A DNA stretch of 64,000 nucleotides, from the sequence record DRR378314_1208; one strand, 5' to 3'. Positions 9,567 through 19,609 of this stretch are shown here, piece by piece. The position numbers and the translations under genes are program-made. The stretch's first letter is position 1. The number at the start of each line of letters is the position of its first letter. Below the pieces are notes generated by a model. It did not search any database. It saw nothing but the letters and a program-made list of their open reading frames with translations, and was not told the DNA's origin.

Positions 9567-11333
9567 TCAGCTCGGCATCTGGGCCGCGTCTCCCGCGCCA
9601 TGTGGCCTGCGAGTCCCCGGCACGCGGATGTCCTCGACCAGATCTTGAACCTCCTGTGGAGGCGCTGGTGTAAACAGAGCGACGACGACGCCCACGACCA
9701 ACGAAACGAACATGAACAGGAAGCCGATCCCTTCAGGCGACACGCCGAACCACCAATTTGTCGGATCCGTGTCCACGAACTTGAAATAATAGATATAGCT
9801 GAACGTGGAGACGAGCCCGGTGAGCATGGAGGCGATTGCCCCTTCCCGGTTCATGCGCTTCCAGAAGATTCCCAGCACGATAACGGGAAACAGCGATGCA
9901 GCCGCCAGCCCGAAGGCGAAAGCCACAACCTGCGCAACAAAGCCGAGCTTGGCAGTGTTCATCCCCATGATTCCGGCCAGGATGACTGCACCTGCCGCCG
10001 ATGCCCTGGCGACCCGCAACTCATCCTTGTCGGACATGCTGGTGAAGAAGGTCCGCCGACACAGATCATGCGAGATGGATGACGAAATCACCATTAACAG
10101 ACCTGCCGCGGTAGACAGCGCTGCCGCCAAACCACCCGCCACAACCAGGCCAATCACCCAGTCCGGAAGATTGGCGATGGACGGATTGGCCATCACGAAG
10201 ATGTCGCGATCCAGTTTCGTCACTTCGTTCTCGTCACCCGCTCGATACTGGATGACGCCGTCGCCATTCTTGTCCTCAACACCGAGCAAACCGGTTCTTT
10301 CCCAATCCTTGAACCATTCGGGAATTGGTTTTCCGCCTTCCGCAACGATCTCCGCAGCTTCGGCGACATAATCTGCATCGTCCGCGACATAGGTCGACTC
10401 GTTGACGGTATCGATGAAGTTCAGTCGCGCGAAAGAAGCCACCGCTGGCGCCGTTGTATAAAGCAGGGCAATGAAGACCAGCGCCCACCCCGCAGACACG
10501 CGCGCAGCGCGAGGACTGGAAACGGTGAAGAAGCGTATGATGACATGCGGCAGCCCCGCCGTTCCGAACATCAGCGCGCCTGTGATGGCGAACATGTCGA
10601 TCATCGTTTTGTTGGTTTGCGTGTATTCCTGAAACCCGAGATCCTGAACCACCGTGTTCAACTTCTCCAGCATGGCCACATCTTCCCCACGCACGTTTGA
10701 AATGAACCCCAATTGCGGCACGGGATTTCCGGTGATGATGAGAGAGATGAAGATCGCCGGAACGGTATAGGCGAAGATCATCACACAATATTGCGCCACC
10801 TGTGTGTAGGTGATGCCCTTCATGCCACCGAGCACGGCATAGACGAACACGATCGCCATCCCCAACATGATGCCAGTATTGAACTCGACGCCGAGGAAGC
10901 CGGAGAACGCCACCCCCACCCCCTTCATCTGACCGGCGATATAGGTAAACGACACGAAAAGCGCGCAGATCACAGCGATCAGACGCGCCGCGGTCGAGTA
11001 ATAGCGGTCACCTACGAAATCCGGCACGGTGAACTTGCCAAACTCCCTCAGGAATGGCGCAAGCAACAGGGCGAGCAGGACGAACCCGCCGGTCCACCCC
11101 ATCAAGTAGACTGAGCCGCCATACCCCAGGAATGCGATCAGTCCCGCCATCGACAAGAAAGACGCGGCAGACATCCAGTCTGCCGCCGTTGCCATTCCAT
11201 TCACGGTCGGATGCACATCATGGCCGGCGACATAGAAATCATTCGTTGATCCCGCCCGTGCCCACAAGGCGATGGCGATATAGGTGCCGAAAGTGCCGAC
11301 CACCCAGAAGTACGTCCAGAAATCCAGCCCCAC
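9567..11333 (-). CDS. actP: Sodium:solute symporter, ActP-like acetate permease
   Basis: Motifs NGMATAADWMSAASF, GTAGLPHVIIRFF and AAALSTAAGLL, with many TM helices. Lies upstream of acs. Confidence 0.85.
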   Translation of the reverse strand: MGLDFWTYFWVVGTFGTYIAIALWARAGSTNDFYVAGHDVHPTVNGMATAADWMSAASFLSMAGLIAFLGYGGSVYLMGWTGGFVLLALLLAPFLREFGKFTVPDFVGDRYYSTAARLIAVICALFVSFTYIAGQMKGVGVAFSGFLGVEFNTGIMLGMAIVFVYAVLGGMKGITYTQVAQYCVMIFAYTVPAIFISLIITGNPVPQLGFISNVRGEDVAMLEKLNTVVQDLGFQEYTQTNKTMIDMFAITGALMFGTAGLPHVIIRFFTVSSPRAARVSAGWALVFIALLYTTAPAVASFARLNFIDTVNESTYVADDADYVAEAAEIVAEGGKPIPEWFKDWERTGLLGVEDKNGDGVIQYRAGDENEVTKLDRDIFVMANPSIANLPDWVIGLVVAGGLAAALSTAAGLLMVISSSISHDLCRRTFFTSMSDKDELRVARASAAGAVILAGIMGMNTAKLGFVAQVVAFAFGLAAASLFPVIVLGIFWKRMNREGAIASMLTGLVSTFSYIYYFKFVDTDPTNWWFGVSPEGIGFLFMFVSLVVGVVVALFTPAPPQEVQDLVEDIRVPGTRRPHGAGDAAQMPS

Positions 11334-11336
11334 CGT

Positions 11337-11603
11337 TTATGCCCCCACGCCGTACTTCTTTTCGAGCCGGTTCATTGCGCGGCAATAATAGAAGATGAGC
11401 ACGACGAAGACATAGATTGCCCCATTTTGCGCGAACCAAAAGCCGAGCGGCGCGCCGCCAATCGAGAAATTGTCGAGCAGATCACGAAACAGAATGCCAG
11501 CCCCGTACGAGACGGCAAACCAGATCACGAGCAGGCTGAGGGTCAGGCGGACCACAGCACGCCAATACCCTTTCTTGTCGACCTCTGTCGGCAATTGAGA
11601 CAT
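11337..11603 (-). CDS. DUF4212 small symporter-associated membrane protein
   Basis: YWR...IWFAVSYGAG...PLGFWFAQNGAIYVF. RBS GGGAGG precedes ATG 11603. Typical partner of ActP-like symporters. Confidence 0.85.
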   Translation of the reverse strand: MSQLPTEVDKKGYWRAVVRLTLSLLVIWFAVSYGAGILFRDLLDNFSIGGAPLGFWFAQNGAIYVFVVLIFYYCRAMNRLEKKYGVGA

Positions 11604-11868
11604 GGATTTTCCTCCCTGGCCGTCTGCGCAGCCCTTGTTACAAACAAGCTGCACGAATGCTGTGAATTGATAAAGGGATTTTCGGAAACCGTGCTGAAGG
11701 CAACGTTCAAACCTGCCTCCTTGCCGCACATGCCGCTGAAGCCTTGCCATTACTGGCCTTATGGGCTATCCGCGCGCCTTCAGAAACGGCGGCGCAAGGC
11801 CGTGCGTGTCAGCTTCTTACCTCATCAACGGAAAATGAGAGGCGGAGTCGAGGGCGAAAGGAAAACCC

Positions 11869-12516
11869 ATGTCCAAATCAAACATCACCTTTAACGTCGA
11901 ATTGCGCGAGCGCACCGGCACAGGCGGTTCCCGCGCAGCGCGCCGCGAAGGCCTCGTCCCAGGCGTTCTCTATGGCGGCGGCGAAGATCCGGTTGCGATC
12001 TCCCTGAAGCGCAACGAAGTGCTGAAAGCCATCGAGACGGGCCATTTCCTGTCCTCGACCGCAACGCTCGTCCACAAAGGCGAAAAGCAACTCGTTATCC
12101 CGCAAGCCATCCAGATGCACCCGGTTTCCGACCAGCCGATGCATGTTGACCTGTTCCGCGTCAGCCGCGACCAGAAGATCAAGGTGGAAGTCCAGGTTCA
12201 CTTCGTGGGCGAGGAAGTCTCTCCAGGCCTCAAAAAAGGTGGCACACTCAACGTTGTGCGCCACACCGTCGAACTGCTCGTACCTGCCGGCAACATCCCG
12301 GAGTCGCTTGAAGCTGACGTTTCCGCGCTCGAAATCGGCGACAACGTCAAGATCTCCGACATCAACCTGCCGGGCGATGCGGAACCGACCATCACCGACC
12401 GTGACTTCACCATCGCGACCATTGCTGGCCGCACAGCAGCCGCAGCAACCACCGACGAAGAAGGTGATGAGGCAGACGGTGAAGCTGCCGAAGCCAGCGA
12501 AGAGTCTGAAGACTGA
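11869..12516 (+). CDS. rplY: 50S ribosomal protein L25/general stress protein Ctc
   Basis: Motifs SRAARREGLVPGVLYG, HVDLFRV and SPGLKKGG, with an acidic tail. Followed by pth. Confidence 0.96.
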   Translation: MSKSNITFNVELRERTGTGGSRAARREGLVPGVLYGGGEDPVAISLKRNEVLKAIETGHFLSSTATLVHKGEKQLVIPQAIQMHPVSDQPMHVDLFRVSRDQKIKVEVQVHFVGEEVSPGLKKGGTLNVVRHTVELLVPAGNIPESLEADVSALEIGDNVKISDINLPGDAEPTITDRDFTIATIAGRTAAAATTDEEGDEADGEAAEASEESED

Positions 12517-12534
12517 TCCAGGCGATTTGGTCCC

Positions 12535-12564
12535 GTGTGTCCGGCCTTCTGGGGCTGGGCACAC
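12535..12564 (+). terminator. Intergenic hairpin between rplY and pth
   Basis: GTGTGTCCGGCC...GGCTGGGCACAC stem with G-U pairs and no strong U tract. Confidence 0.4.
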
Positions 12565-12602
12565 AGCCAGACCCTGCTAATTCGGAAGAGGGAGGCCCCA
12601 TC

Positions 12603-13205
12603 GTGCTCATTCTTTCCGGTCAGGGAAATCCAGGCGAAAAGTATGCGAAGAACCGGCACAATGCCGGTTTTCTCGTTTTGGACGAGATCCATGCCGCCTA
12701 CGGGTTCCAGCCTTGGCGCTCCAAATTTGAAAGCGAGATCGCAGAAGGCTTTGTCGGTCCGGACCGCGTAAAAACGCTGCTCGTCAAACCCCAGACCTTC
12801 TACAACGAAACCGGGCGCGCGCTCTCAAAGGTCGCCCAGTTCTACAAGCTGTCTGCGGACGACATTGTGGTTCTGCATGACGAGATCGATCTTGCCCCTG
12901 GGCGCTTGCGCCTGAAGCAGGGCGGTGGTCATTCAGGAAATAACGGCATCCGGTCAATGATCGCCCATTTCGGTGAGAATTTCCGACGCGTCCGCATTGG
13001 CGTCGGGCATCCCGGCGACAAATCGCGCGTCATGCCCTACGTTCTCTCCGATTTTTCAAAAGCAGATCACGACTGGTTTGATCCACTCGTCAAAGCGATT
13101 TCCGACGCCCTCCCCTTCCTGGCAGGCGGCAATGACGAACGCTTTCAGACGGAGGTGATGCGCTTGGCGCCTGCCCCCAAGAACGACCCGAAACAACAGC
13201 GCTGA
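12603..13205 (+). CDS. pth: Peptidyl-tRNA hydrolase
   Basis: Motifs GNPG, NRHNAGF, HDEIDL, GHNG-like GNNG and RVRIGVGHPG. GTG start with RBS GGGAGG. Confidence 0.95.
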   Translation: MLILSGQGNPGEKYAKNRHNAGFLVLDEIHAAYGFQPWRSKFESEIAEGFVGPDRVKTLLVKPQTFYNETGRALSKVAQFYKLSADDIVVLHDEIDLAPGRLRLKQGGGHSGNNGIRSMIAHFGENFRRVRIGVGHPGDKSRVMPYVLSDFSKADHDWFDPLVKAISDALPFLAGGNDERFQTEVMRLAPAPKNDPKQQR

Positions 13206-13213
13206 AAATCTGG

Positions 13214-14137
13214 CTATTCGCCGAGTTTGGCGAGAACTGCCCGTTCGGCCGCTTCTGCCATCGCTACCGCGCCGACCGTACCATGCGCCGGAACCGGGCT
13301 ACGTCCGAGGCCCAAGCAGGCTGCGTAAAAACCTTCGTCCGCTGCGCCCAGCGGATCTGGCAGATCCGCTGCAATGTCGACGCGAACGTCATATGGCGTC
13401 GTGTTCACCAATTGGCGCGTCAAGAAGTCGATCGAAATCTCGCCTGACGGGTAGACGACATGCATCGTACGCTCACGAGCCTCGGCGGCGCGACTCGCAC
13501 GCAAACGTGCAACACCGCCGCTGGCATAGGTGAATTGCGCATTCGCTTCATCGATATGTTCTGAATGGACGCGCTTGCCGCTGGCCATTACGCCAGTGAA
13601 CTCATTTCCCATCATCATCGCAGCCAGATCCAGATCATGGATCATGAGGTCCCATATTACCGAAACGTCGCCCGCACGATTGTCTGGCGCTGGCGGCCCC
13701 GCCCGCACCGACTCGATCAACAGGGGTGTTTCTTCAATTGCCAACACGCCCATTGCGCGGGCGACGAAACGCTCCTGATGCCCAACCTGCAGGATGCGCC
13801 CACGTGCAGCTGCTTCATCAGCGAGATCACGCGCGGCTTTCCCGGTCAAAGCCAGCGGCTTTTCAACGAGTACATGGCAATAGGCCTCAATCGCCTGGCG
13901 CGCTAGCTTCTCATGCCAGACAGCTGGAACGGCGATCACGATCGCATCGCAATCCTCGAGGAACTTCTCGTAATCGTCATAGCCCTTGGCCCCAAACTGA
14001 GCGGCAATACGCGAAGCTCGCTCCAGATCGATATCGAACACGCCGACAAGCTCCGTGCGAACTGAAGCAGCCGCTTTCTGCGCGTGATAGTTACCGAATA
14101 CTCCAGCGCCAGCGACGCCTACTTTCAATGTGGTCAT
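13214..14137 (-). CDS. Gfo/Idh/MocA family oxidoreductase
   Basis: Rossmann motif GVAGAGVFG, VLVEKPLA, GHQERF and DLMIHDLD. Confidence 0.9.
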   Translation of the reverse strand: MTTLKVGVAGAGVFGNYHAQKAAASVRTELVGVFDIDLERASRIAAQFGAKGYDDYEKFLEDCDAIVIAVPAVWHEKLARQAIEAYCHVLVEKPLALTGKAARDLADEAAARGRILQVGHQERFVARAMGVLAIEETPLLIESVRAGPPAPDNRAGDVSVIWDLMIHDLDLAAMMMGNEFTGVMASGKRVHSEHIDEANAQFTYASGGVARLRASRAAEARERTMHVVYPSGEISIDFLTRQLVNTTPYDVRVDIAADLPDPLGAADEGFYAACLGLGRSPVPAHGTVGAVAMAEAAERAVLAKLGE

Positions 14138-14308
14138 AACAGAAGGGCCCTCATACCCGTCCCTTAAGACACTGCATCCCGCCAAGTCGCAAGCCTTCGG
14201 TTCAGACGGAGCAGACACAGAGAATTACAGATTCTTTCGCCTCGCCCCCTTCACACGCAAGAGGGGCCGGTCCACTTACGCCTCTACAAAACACAGGAAG
14301 GAAACATC

Positions 14309-15331
14309 ATGACAGCCCTCACATCGACGGAATGGTCCCTCGCCGCACGCCCGGTTGGCATGCCAAAAACGTCGGACTTTCAGAAAACCACTATTGATGT
14401 CGCCCCTCCCGGCGCCGGTGAAATTCAAGTGAAGAATGAGTGGATGTCCGTCGACCCGTACATGCGCGGACGGATGTACGATCGCGAAAGCTATGTGCCT
14501 CCCTTCCAGATTGGCGAGACCATGCAGGGCGGCGCGGTTGGACGCGTCACCATCTCCAACCATCCGGACTACAAGGAAGGCGATCTGGTCTCCTCGATGG
14601 CAGGCTGGCGGACAGCATGGGTTGCAAAGCCGGAAATGGTGATGGCGCAAAAGCTGCCGGATGTCGGCCTTCCGGAAAGTGCGTTCCTTGGCGTAGCCGG
14701 CATGCCGGGCCTTACGGCCTATGCAGGCATCCTTCGTATCGCAGAACTCAAAGAGGGCGACACGGTCTTCGTATCTGGTGCAGCCGGTGCTGTCGGATCA
14801 ACTGTTGTCCAGATCGCCAAGATCACGAATTGCACCGTCATCGGTTCAGCGGGCGGTGCGGAAAAATGCGAGTTCGTGAAATCTCTCGGCGCTGATCACG
14901 TGATCGACTACAAAGCCGCCGGTGGTTATGAGGGCCTCGTGAAAGCGTTGAAAGACGCAGCCCCGAAAGGCATCGATGTCTACTTCGATAATGTGGGCGG
15001 AGATCATCTGACAGCCGCGATCGAGTGCGCACGGCCAATGGCGCGCTTCGCCGAATGCGGCATGATTGCCCAGTACAACGATACCGGCACGCCCGTGGGC
15101 CCGCACAACATCATCCAAGTGGTTGGCAAACAGCTTAAGATTCAAGGCTTCATCGTATCGAGCCACGCAGATATGCAGCCCGCTTTCTTTGAAGACATGG
15201 CGAAGTGGATCTCGTCCGGCCAGATGAAATTCGAAGAGACTGTAAAGGAAGGGATCGACAAGGCGCCTGAGGCGTTTCTCGGTCTGTTCGAAGGTGCCAA
15301 TACCGGCAAGATGCTGGTCAAGCTGGGGTAG
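14309..15331 (+). CDS. NADP-dependent oxidoreductase (CurA/YncB, prostaglandin reductase-like)
   Basis: Motifs SVDPYMRGRM, GMPGLTAYAG, VSGAAGAVGS, YFDNVGG and NTGKMLV. Confidence 0.92.
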   Translation: MTALTSTEWSLAARPVGMPKTSDFQKTTIDVAPPGAGEIQVKNEWMSVDPYMRGRMYDRESYVPPFQIGETMQGGAVGRVTISNHPDYKEGDLVSSMAGWRTAWVAKPEMVMAQKLPDVGLPESAFLGVAGMPGLTAYAGILRIAELKEGDTVFVSGAAGAVGSTVVQIAKITNCTVIGSAGGAEKCEFVKSLGADHVIDYKAAGGYEGLVKALKDAAPKGIDVYFDNVGGDHLTAAIECARPMARFAECGMIAQYNDTGTPVGPHNIIQVVGKQLKIQGFIVSSHADMQPAFFEDMAKWISSGQMKFEETVKEGIDKAPEAFLGLFEGANTGKMLVKLG

Positions 15332-15333
15332 TT

Positions 15334-16245
15334 ATGTCGCGTCTGTTTGATGCCTACATCATGGTGGACTGGAGCGCCGCGTCAAAACCTGTGACGGGGA
15401 AAAACTCCATATGGGTCGGAATCCTGGCTAAGGATGCCCGGCTGAAGTTCCAGTATCAGTCTGCCAACATTGATACGCGCCTGAAAGCGCGGACCTTTCT
15501 GGAAGGCATCATTGCCAAGCTGACAGGGCGCGGAGATCGCGTCCTGATCGGCTTCGATTTCTCACTTGGTTACCCCGCAGGCACAGCGTCGGCGCTTGGT
15601 CTGGACGTGTCCGACCAGAAGCCCTGGCAAGCCATGCACGCCCATCTGGCGTCGAAAATGAAAGACAAGCCGGACAATTCAAATCCGCGCTATGCCATCG
15701 CTGCAGGCATGAACTACGCCATTTCCAAGGGCCCCTATCCGTTCTGGGGGGCGCCAGCGAGGGATGTCGTTTCCACGCTGTCCGGCACGAAGCCAGACTT
15801 CGACGGCCAGCCTTTGCCAGAGTACCGGTTCGTTGAGACGCATCTGCGCGACGCCAAACTCGGCCAACCCAAATCAGTCTGGCAACTCGCCTATACGGGC
15901 AGCGTCGGCAGCCAGTCGCTTACCGGTATTCCGCACGTACATGCACTTCGTCAGGCACTGCCGGAGTCTCGTATCTGGCCTTTCGAGTTCGAAGATGGCG
16001 AAATGACTGAGGAAACGCTGGAGGGCGTAAAAATCGTTTTCGCCGAAATTTACCCATCGCTAGTTCCCCTTAAAGCTGAAAAAGGTGAGGCACCCGACGC
16101 CGCTCAGGTACGCCAGATTGCCCACCATTATTCGGACCTGGATGGAAAAGGTGTTCTGGGAAGGCGAATTTCCACAAATAACTCCCTTGATGAGGGAAAA
16201 ATTTCGCAAATTCAGGCAGAAGAGGGCTGGATTCTTGGCGCATAG
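15334..16245 (+). CDS. Conserved hypothetical protein, probable RNase H-like (DUF429-like) fold
   Basis: Motifs VDWSAASKP, IGFDFSLGYP, AEIYPS and EEGWILG. Starts 2 nt after the upstream stop. Confidence 0.55.
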   Translation: MSRLFDAYIMVDWSAASKPVTGKNSIWVGILAKDARLKFQYQSANIDTRLKARTFLEGIIAKLTGRGDRVLIGFDFSLGYPAGTASALGLDVSDQKPWQAMHAHLASKMKDKPDNSNPRYAIAAGMNYAISKGPYPFWGAPARDVVSTLSGTKPDFDGQPLPEYRFVETHLRDAKLGQPKSVWQLAYTGSVGSQSLTGIPHVHALRQALPESRIWPFEFEDGEMTEETLEGVKIVFAEIYPSLVPLKAEKGEAPDAAQVRQIAHHYSDLDGKGVLGRRISTNNSLDEGKISQIQAEEGWILGA

Positions 16246-16345
16246 CCCGTCTTTATTGGGGTTTCGACATATTCACGCCTTACGAATCGTGGGTAAGTCG
16301 CTGCAACGGCGGGGGATCGCCGTTTAACATTAGAGGAGAACCCCT

Positions 16346-16612
16346 ATGAACAAGGGCGAACTTACAAAGGCTGTCGCAGCTGAATCCGGTCTGTCGCAGA
16401 GCGACGCTGGCAAAGCCGTAGACGCTGTTTTCGACGCAATTGCTGGCGCCGTGAAAGACCGTCAGCAAGTGGCCATCGCAGGCTTCGGCACATTCTCGGC
16501 GAAAACCCGGAATGCTCGCACAGGCCGCAACCCAGCCACAGGCGAAGAAATCAAGATCCCGGAAAAGACATCGGCTGCTTTCAAGCCGGCTTCGGCTCTG
16601 AAAGACCTCTAG
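16346..16612 (+). CDS. hup: HU family DNA-binding protein
   Basis: Motifs MNKGEL, GFGTF and ARTGRNPATGEEIKIP. RBS GAGGAG. Confidence 0.95.
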   Translation: MNKGELTKAVAAESGLSQSDAGKAVDAVFDAIAGAVKDRQQVAIAGFGTFSAKTRNARTGRNPATGEEIKIPEKTSAAFKPASALKDL

Positions 16613-16649
16613 GGTTCCTCGGGGCCTTCCAGCCCTGAACAACAGGAAT

Positions 16650-18068
16650 TCAAACGGCGCGTCGGCTCGGCTGGCGCGCCGTTTTCCATTCCAGCAACAT
16701 GGTTTGAAGGATGCCTGCTGTGAACACGCCGATGAACACGCCTTCCATCATTCCCTGCGCTCCGCGGCCCTCCACGATGCCAAGCCAGTAACAAGCCGGC
16801 AGCATCACCAGGAAGAACGAGCCAATGTGGATCAGGCTCGGCGACCAGACGATCTCCTGCGCCCTCAAGGCAAAGGACGCCGTGGCCTGCAACCCGTCAA
16901 AGACCGTCACTACCGACGCCATGACAAGCAGGGCTGCGATCCCGGTTGCCAAATGCACGCCTCCGATCATCGCATCATCTTTCACCAGGAAGCCTGCCAG
17001 TGTGTCGTTGAACAAGATCAGGATAATTCCCAGTCCCACGCCCATCAAGATCGTCGCCGCCACGCCGAGGCGCCCGGCATCGCGCATCTCATCCAGATTT
17101 CGGCGTCCATAGGCCTCTGCCACGCGCACGCTCGTCGCTGTCGCAATACCCAGATAAAACATGAAGCAAAGCCCCATGATCTGGATAGCGTACCCATAGA
17201 CCGAATTGGCAGCGAGACTGATCCAGGTCGCAATAACGAAGGTCAGATTGAAGCCGCCCCATTCGGCAACATTGCTGATTGCGGTGCCCGTGCCGACAGA
17301 CAATTGGCGACGCGCTTCGTTCGCCGGAGCCTTGGGGGACTTTCGCAGAGCCGGCGTCAGGAGAACAACGGCGACAAGCAGCAACACTGTTATGAACAGG
17401 CGTGACCCTGTGGTTGCCCACGCAACGCCTTCTGCCCCCATCGGTTCAAAGCCCCAGAAACCGGCGACCAATGCCAGGTCGATGATCGCATTCACGAACA
17501 CACCGAAATACATGACGCCGGACACGAGCAACGGTCGCCGCAACGCTTCAAGATAGTACCCGCAAACCGTCGAGATCATGAACCCGACCATGCCATAGGA
17601 CAGGATGCGCGTGACAGATGCGACAGACCCGGCGACGGTATGCGGGTCGACGATCTCCTCGATATCGGTTGGGGGCGCGATATCGACGAACAGCCACGTG
17701 AACAACGCATCCGCCGAGAAATAGACCAGCCCCATCAGCAGGAAGCCAAGCCAGACGCTGGTCCAAAGGCCCCGCCTGAAAATGCGCCCGCTTTCTTTCT
17801 CGCGACCGATTCCAAGCAACTCTGATGTAAGAACCTGCACGCCGAGCAAAACACCAAGCCCAAGCCCCAGCGACACGCCCATCGGCAGCCAGGAGTTCAG
17901 AATATAGGGCAACTGCCCCGGCGCGTATTGGCCGAGCACGATGGCGTCCGTGACGGCCATCAACATCTGCGACATGCGCGTAAACGCAATCGGTATCGAC
18001 AGCCGCAACAGGTCAGTAATGTCGGCAGGCCGCGCCCAGGCGGGCCAGCCCAGGCGATGCGTACGCAT
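16650..18068 (-). CDS. MATE family efflux transporter
   Basis: About 12 TM helices. Motifs LLRLSIPI, TDAIVLG, GAEGVAWAT, ATSVRVAEAYG and FDGLQ. Confidence 0.9.
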   Translation of the reverse strand: MRTHRLGWPAWARPADITDLLRLSIPIAFTRMSQMLMAVTDAIVLGQYAPGQLPYILNSWLPMGVSLGLGLGVLLGVQVLTSELLGIGREKESGRIFRRGLWTSVWLGFLLMGLVYFSADALFTWLFVDIAPPTDIEEIVDPHTVAGSVASVTRILSYGMVGFMISTVCGYYLEALRRPLLVSGVMYFGVFVNAIIDLALVAGFWGFEPMGAEGVAWATTGSRLFITVLLLVAVVLLTPALRKSPKAPANEARRQLSVGTGTAISNVAEWGGFNLTFVIATWISLAANSVYGYAIQIMGLCFMFYLGIATATSVRVAEAYGRRNLDEMRDAGRLGVAATILMGVGLGIILILFNDTLAGFLVKDDAMIGGVHLATGIAALLVMASVVTVFDGLQATASFALRAQEIVWSPSLIHIGSFFLVMLPACYWLGIVEGRGAQGMMEGVFIGVFTAGILQTMLLEWKTARQPSRRAV

Positions 18069-18080
18069 GGAACTGTCTCT

Positions 18081-19457
18081 TTATCCCGCTTTCAGCGCCG
18101 GGGTGCCACTTGCGCCCACGGACTGCAGCTTCTCTGCGATCATGAAGGCCAGTTCAAGAGCCTGCTCGCCATTCAGGCGAGGATCGCAGTGAGTGTGGTA
18201 ACGAGATGACAGGTCCTCTTCCGAAATGGCCTGAGCGCCGCCGATACATTCGGTTACGTTCTGGCCGGTCATTTCGAAATGCACGCCGCCCGGATAGCAG
18301 CCTTCGGCCGACAGCACGTCCACGAACTGGCGCACTTCCGAAAGAATGCGGTCAACTGGACGGGTCTTGAAGCCGCTATCCGTCTTCAGCGTGTTGCCGT
18401 GCATCGGATCACAAGACCAGACGACTGTTCGGCCACTCTGCTTCACAGCGCGTGCCAGCGGCGGCAGGCCCTGCGCCACACCATCCGATCCGAAACGGGA
18501 GATCAGCGTGATCCGGCCTGCCTCGTCATTCGGATTGAGCGTATCGATCAGGCGTAGCAATTCATCCGTCTCAAGCCCTGGTCCGCATTTGATGCCGATC
18601 GGATTGCGAACGCCTTTGCAGAAATTGACATGCGCATGGTCGACCTGACGGGTGCGGTGACCAATCCACAGCATGTGTGCCGACGTGTCATACCACTCGC
18701 CTGAGGTGGAATCGATGCGGGTGAGAGCCTCTTCATAGCCCAGCAGAAGCGCTTCATGGCTTGTATAGAACTCGACCTGCGCCATTTGCGGCACGCTGTC
18801 CGGCGTAACGCCACAGGCCTTCATGAAGTCAAGCGACTTGGAAATCTGATCAGCCAGTTGCTCATAGCGCGCGCCTTGTGGGCTACGGTCTACGAAGCCA
18901 AGCATCCAGCGGTGCACGTTCGCGAGGTTAGCATAGCCGCCCTGGCTGAATGCACGCAGCAGGTTCAGCGTCGCTGCGGACTGAGAATAAGCCTGCGTAA
19001 GGCGCTCCGGGTCCGGCAAACGGCTTTCCGGCGTGAAATCCATGCCGTTGATATTGTCACCGCGATAGGAAGGCAGCGTCACACCGTCAATCGTCTCAAC
19101 GGGAGAAGAACGAGGCTTACCGAACTGACCAGCAATACGGCCGACTTTCACCACCGGCTTTGACGCCGCGAAAGTCAGGACCACCGCCATTTGCAGGATC
19201 ACGCGGAAAGTGTCGCGGATATTGTCCGGATGGAACTCCTTGAAGCTTTCGGCACAATCGCCGCCTTGCAGCAGGAAGGCCTCACCGGCAGCGACTTCAC
19301 CAAGGCGTTGTTTCAGACGACGGGCCTCGCCTGCGAAGACCAGCGGCGGAAAGCTTTTCAGCTTTTCCTCTACTGCAGCGAGCGCAGCAGAATCCGGATA
19401 GTCTTCCGGAATATGCTTTGCTGGCAGTTGGCGCCAGTCTGAGGGGGTCCAGGTCAT
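18081..19457 (-). CDS. Class II DAHP synthase
   Basis: Motifs [33 protein letters not shown] and [10 protein letters not shown]. Confidence 0.96.
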   Translation of the reverse strand: MTWTPSDWRQLPAKHIPEDYPDSAALAAVEEKLKSFPPLVFAGEARRLKQRLGEVAAGEAFLLQGGDCAESFKEFHPDNIRDTFRVILQMAVVLTFAASKPVVKVGRIAGQFGKPRSSPVETIDGVTLPSYRGDNINGMDFTPESRLPDPERLTQAYSQSAATLNLLRAFSQGGYANLANVHRWMLGFVDRSPQGARYEQLADQISKSLDFMKACGVTPDSVPQMAQVEFYTSHEALLLGYEEALTRIDSTSGEWYDTSAHMLWIGHRTRQVDHAHVNFCKGVRNPIGIKCGPGLETDELLRLIDTLNPNDEAGRITLISRFGSDGVAQGLPPLARAVKQSGRTVVWSCDPMHGNTLKTDSGFKTRPVDRILSEVRQFVDVLSAEGCYPGGVHFEMTGQNVTECIGGAQAISEEDLSSRYHTHCDPRLNGEQALELAFMIAEKLQSVGASGTPALKAG

Positions 19458-19609
19458 CTTAAATACTCCAATCGTGAGCCGCATTAATCACATGGCAGGC
19501 AGTCGCTCAAGTTTCACCATAATTTCACAGCAGATTGCTGGCGGAATCATGATTTGGCCCTTTAGTAATTCTGCAGGCTCGTCGTCACCATAGGATCACC
19601 CGCCCCATC

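Noticed and set aside
11786..11839. Structured rplY leader for L25 autoregulation
   Set aside because: Only two 5-bp stems (ACGGC/GCCGT and CTCAT/ATGAG), too weak to call without covariation data.
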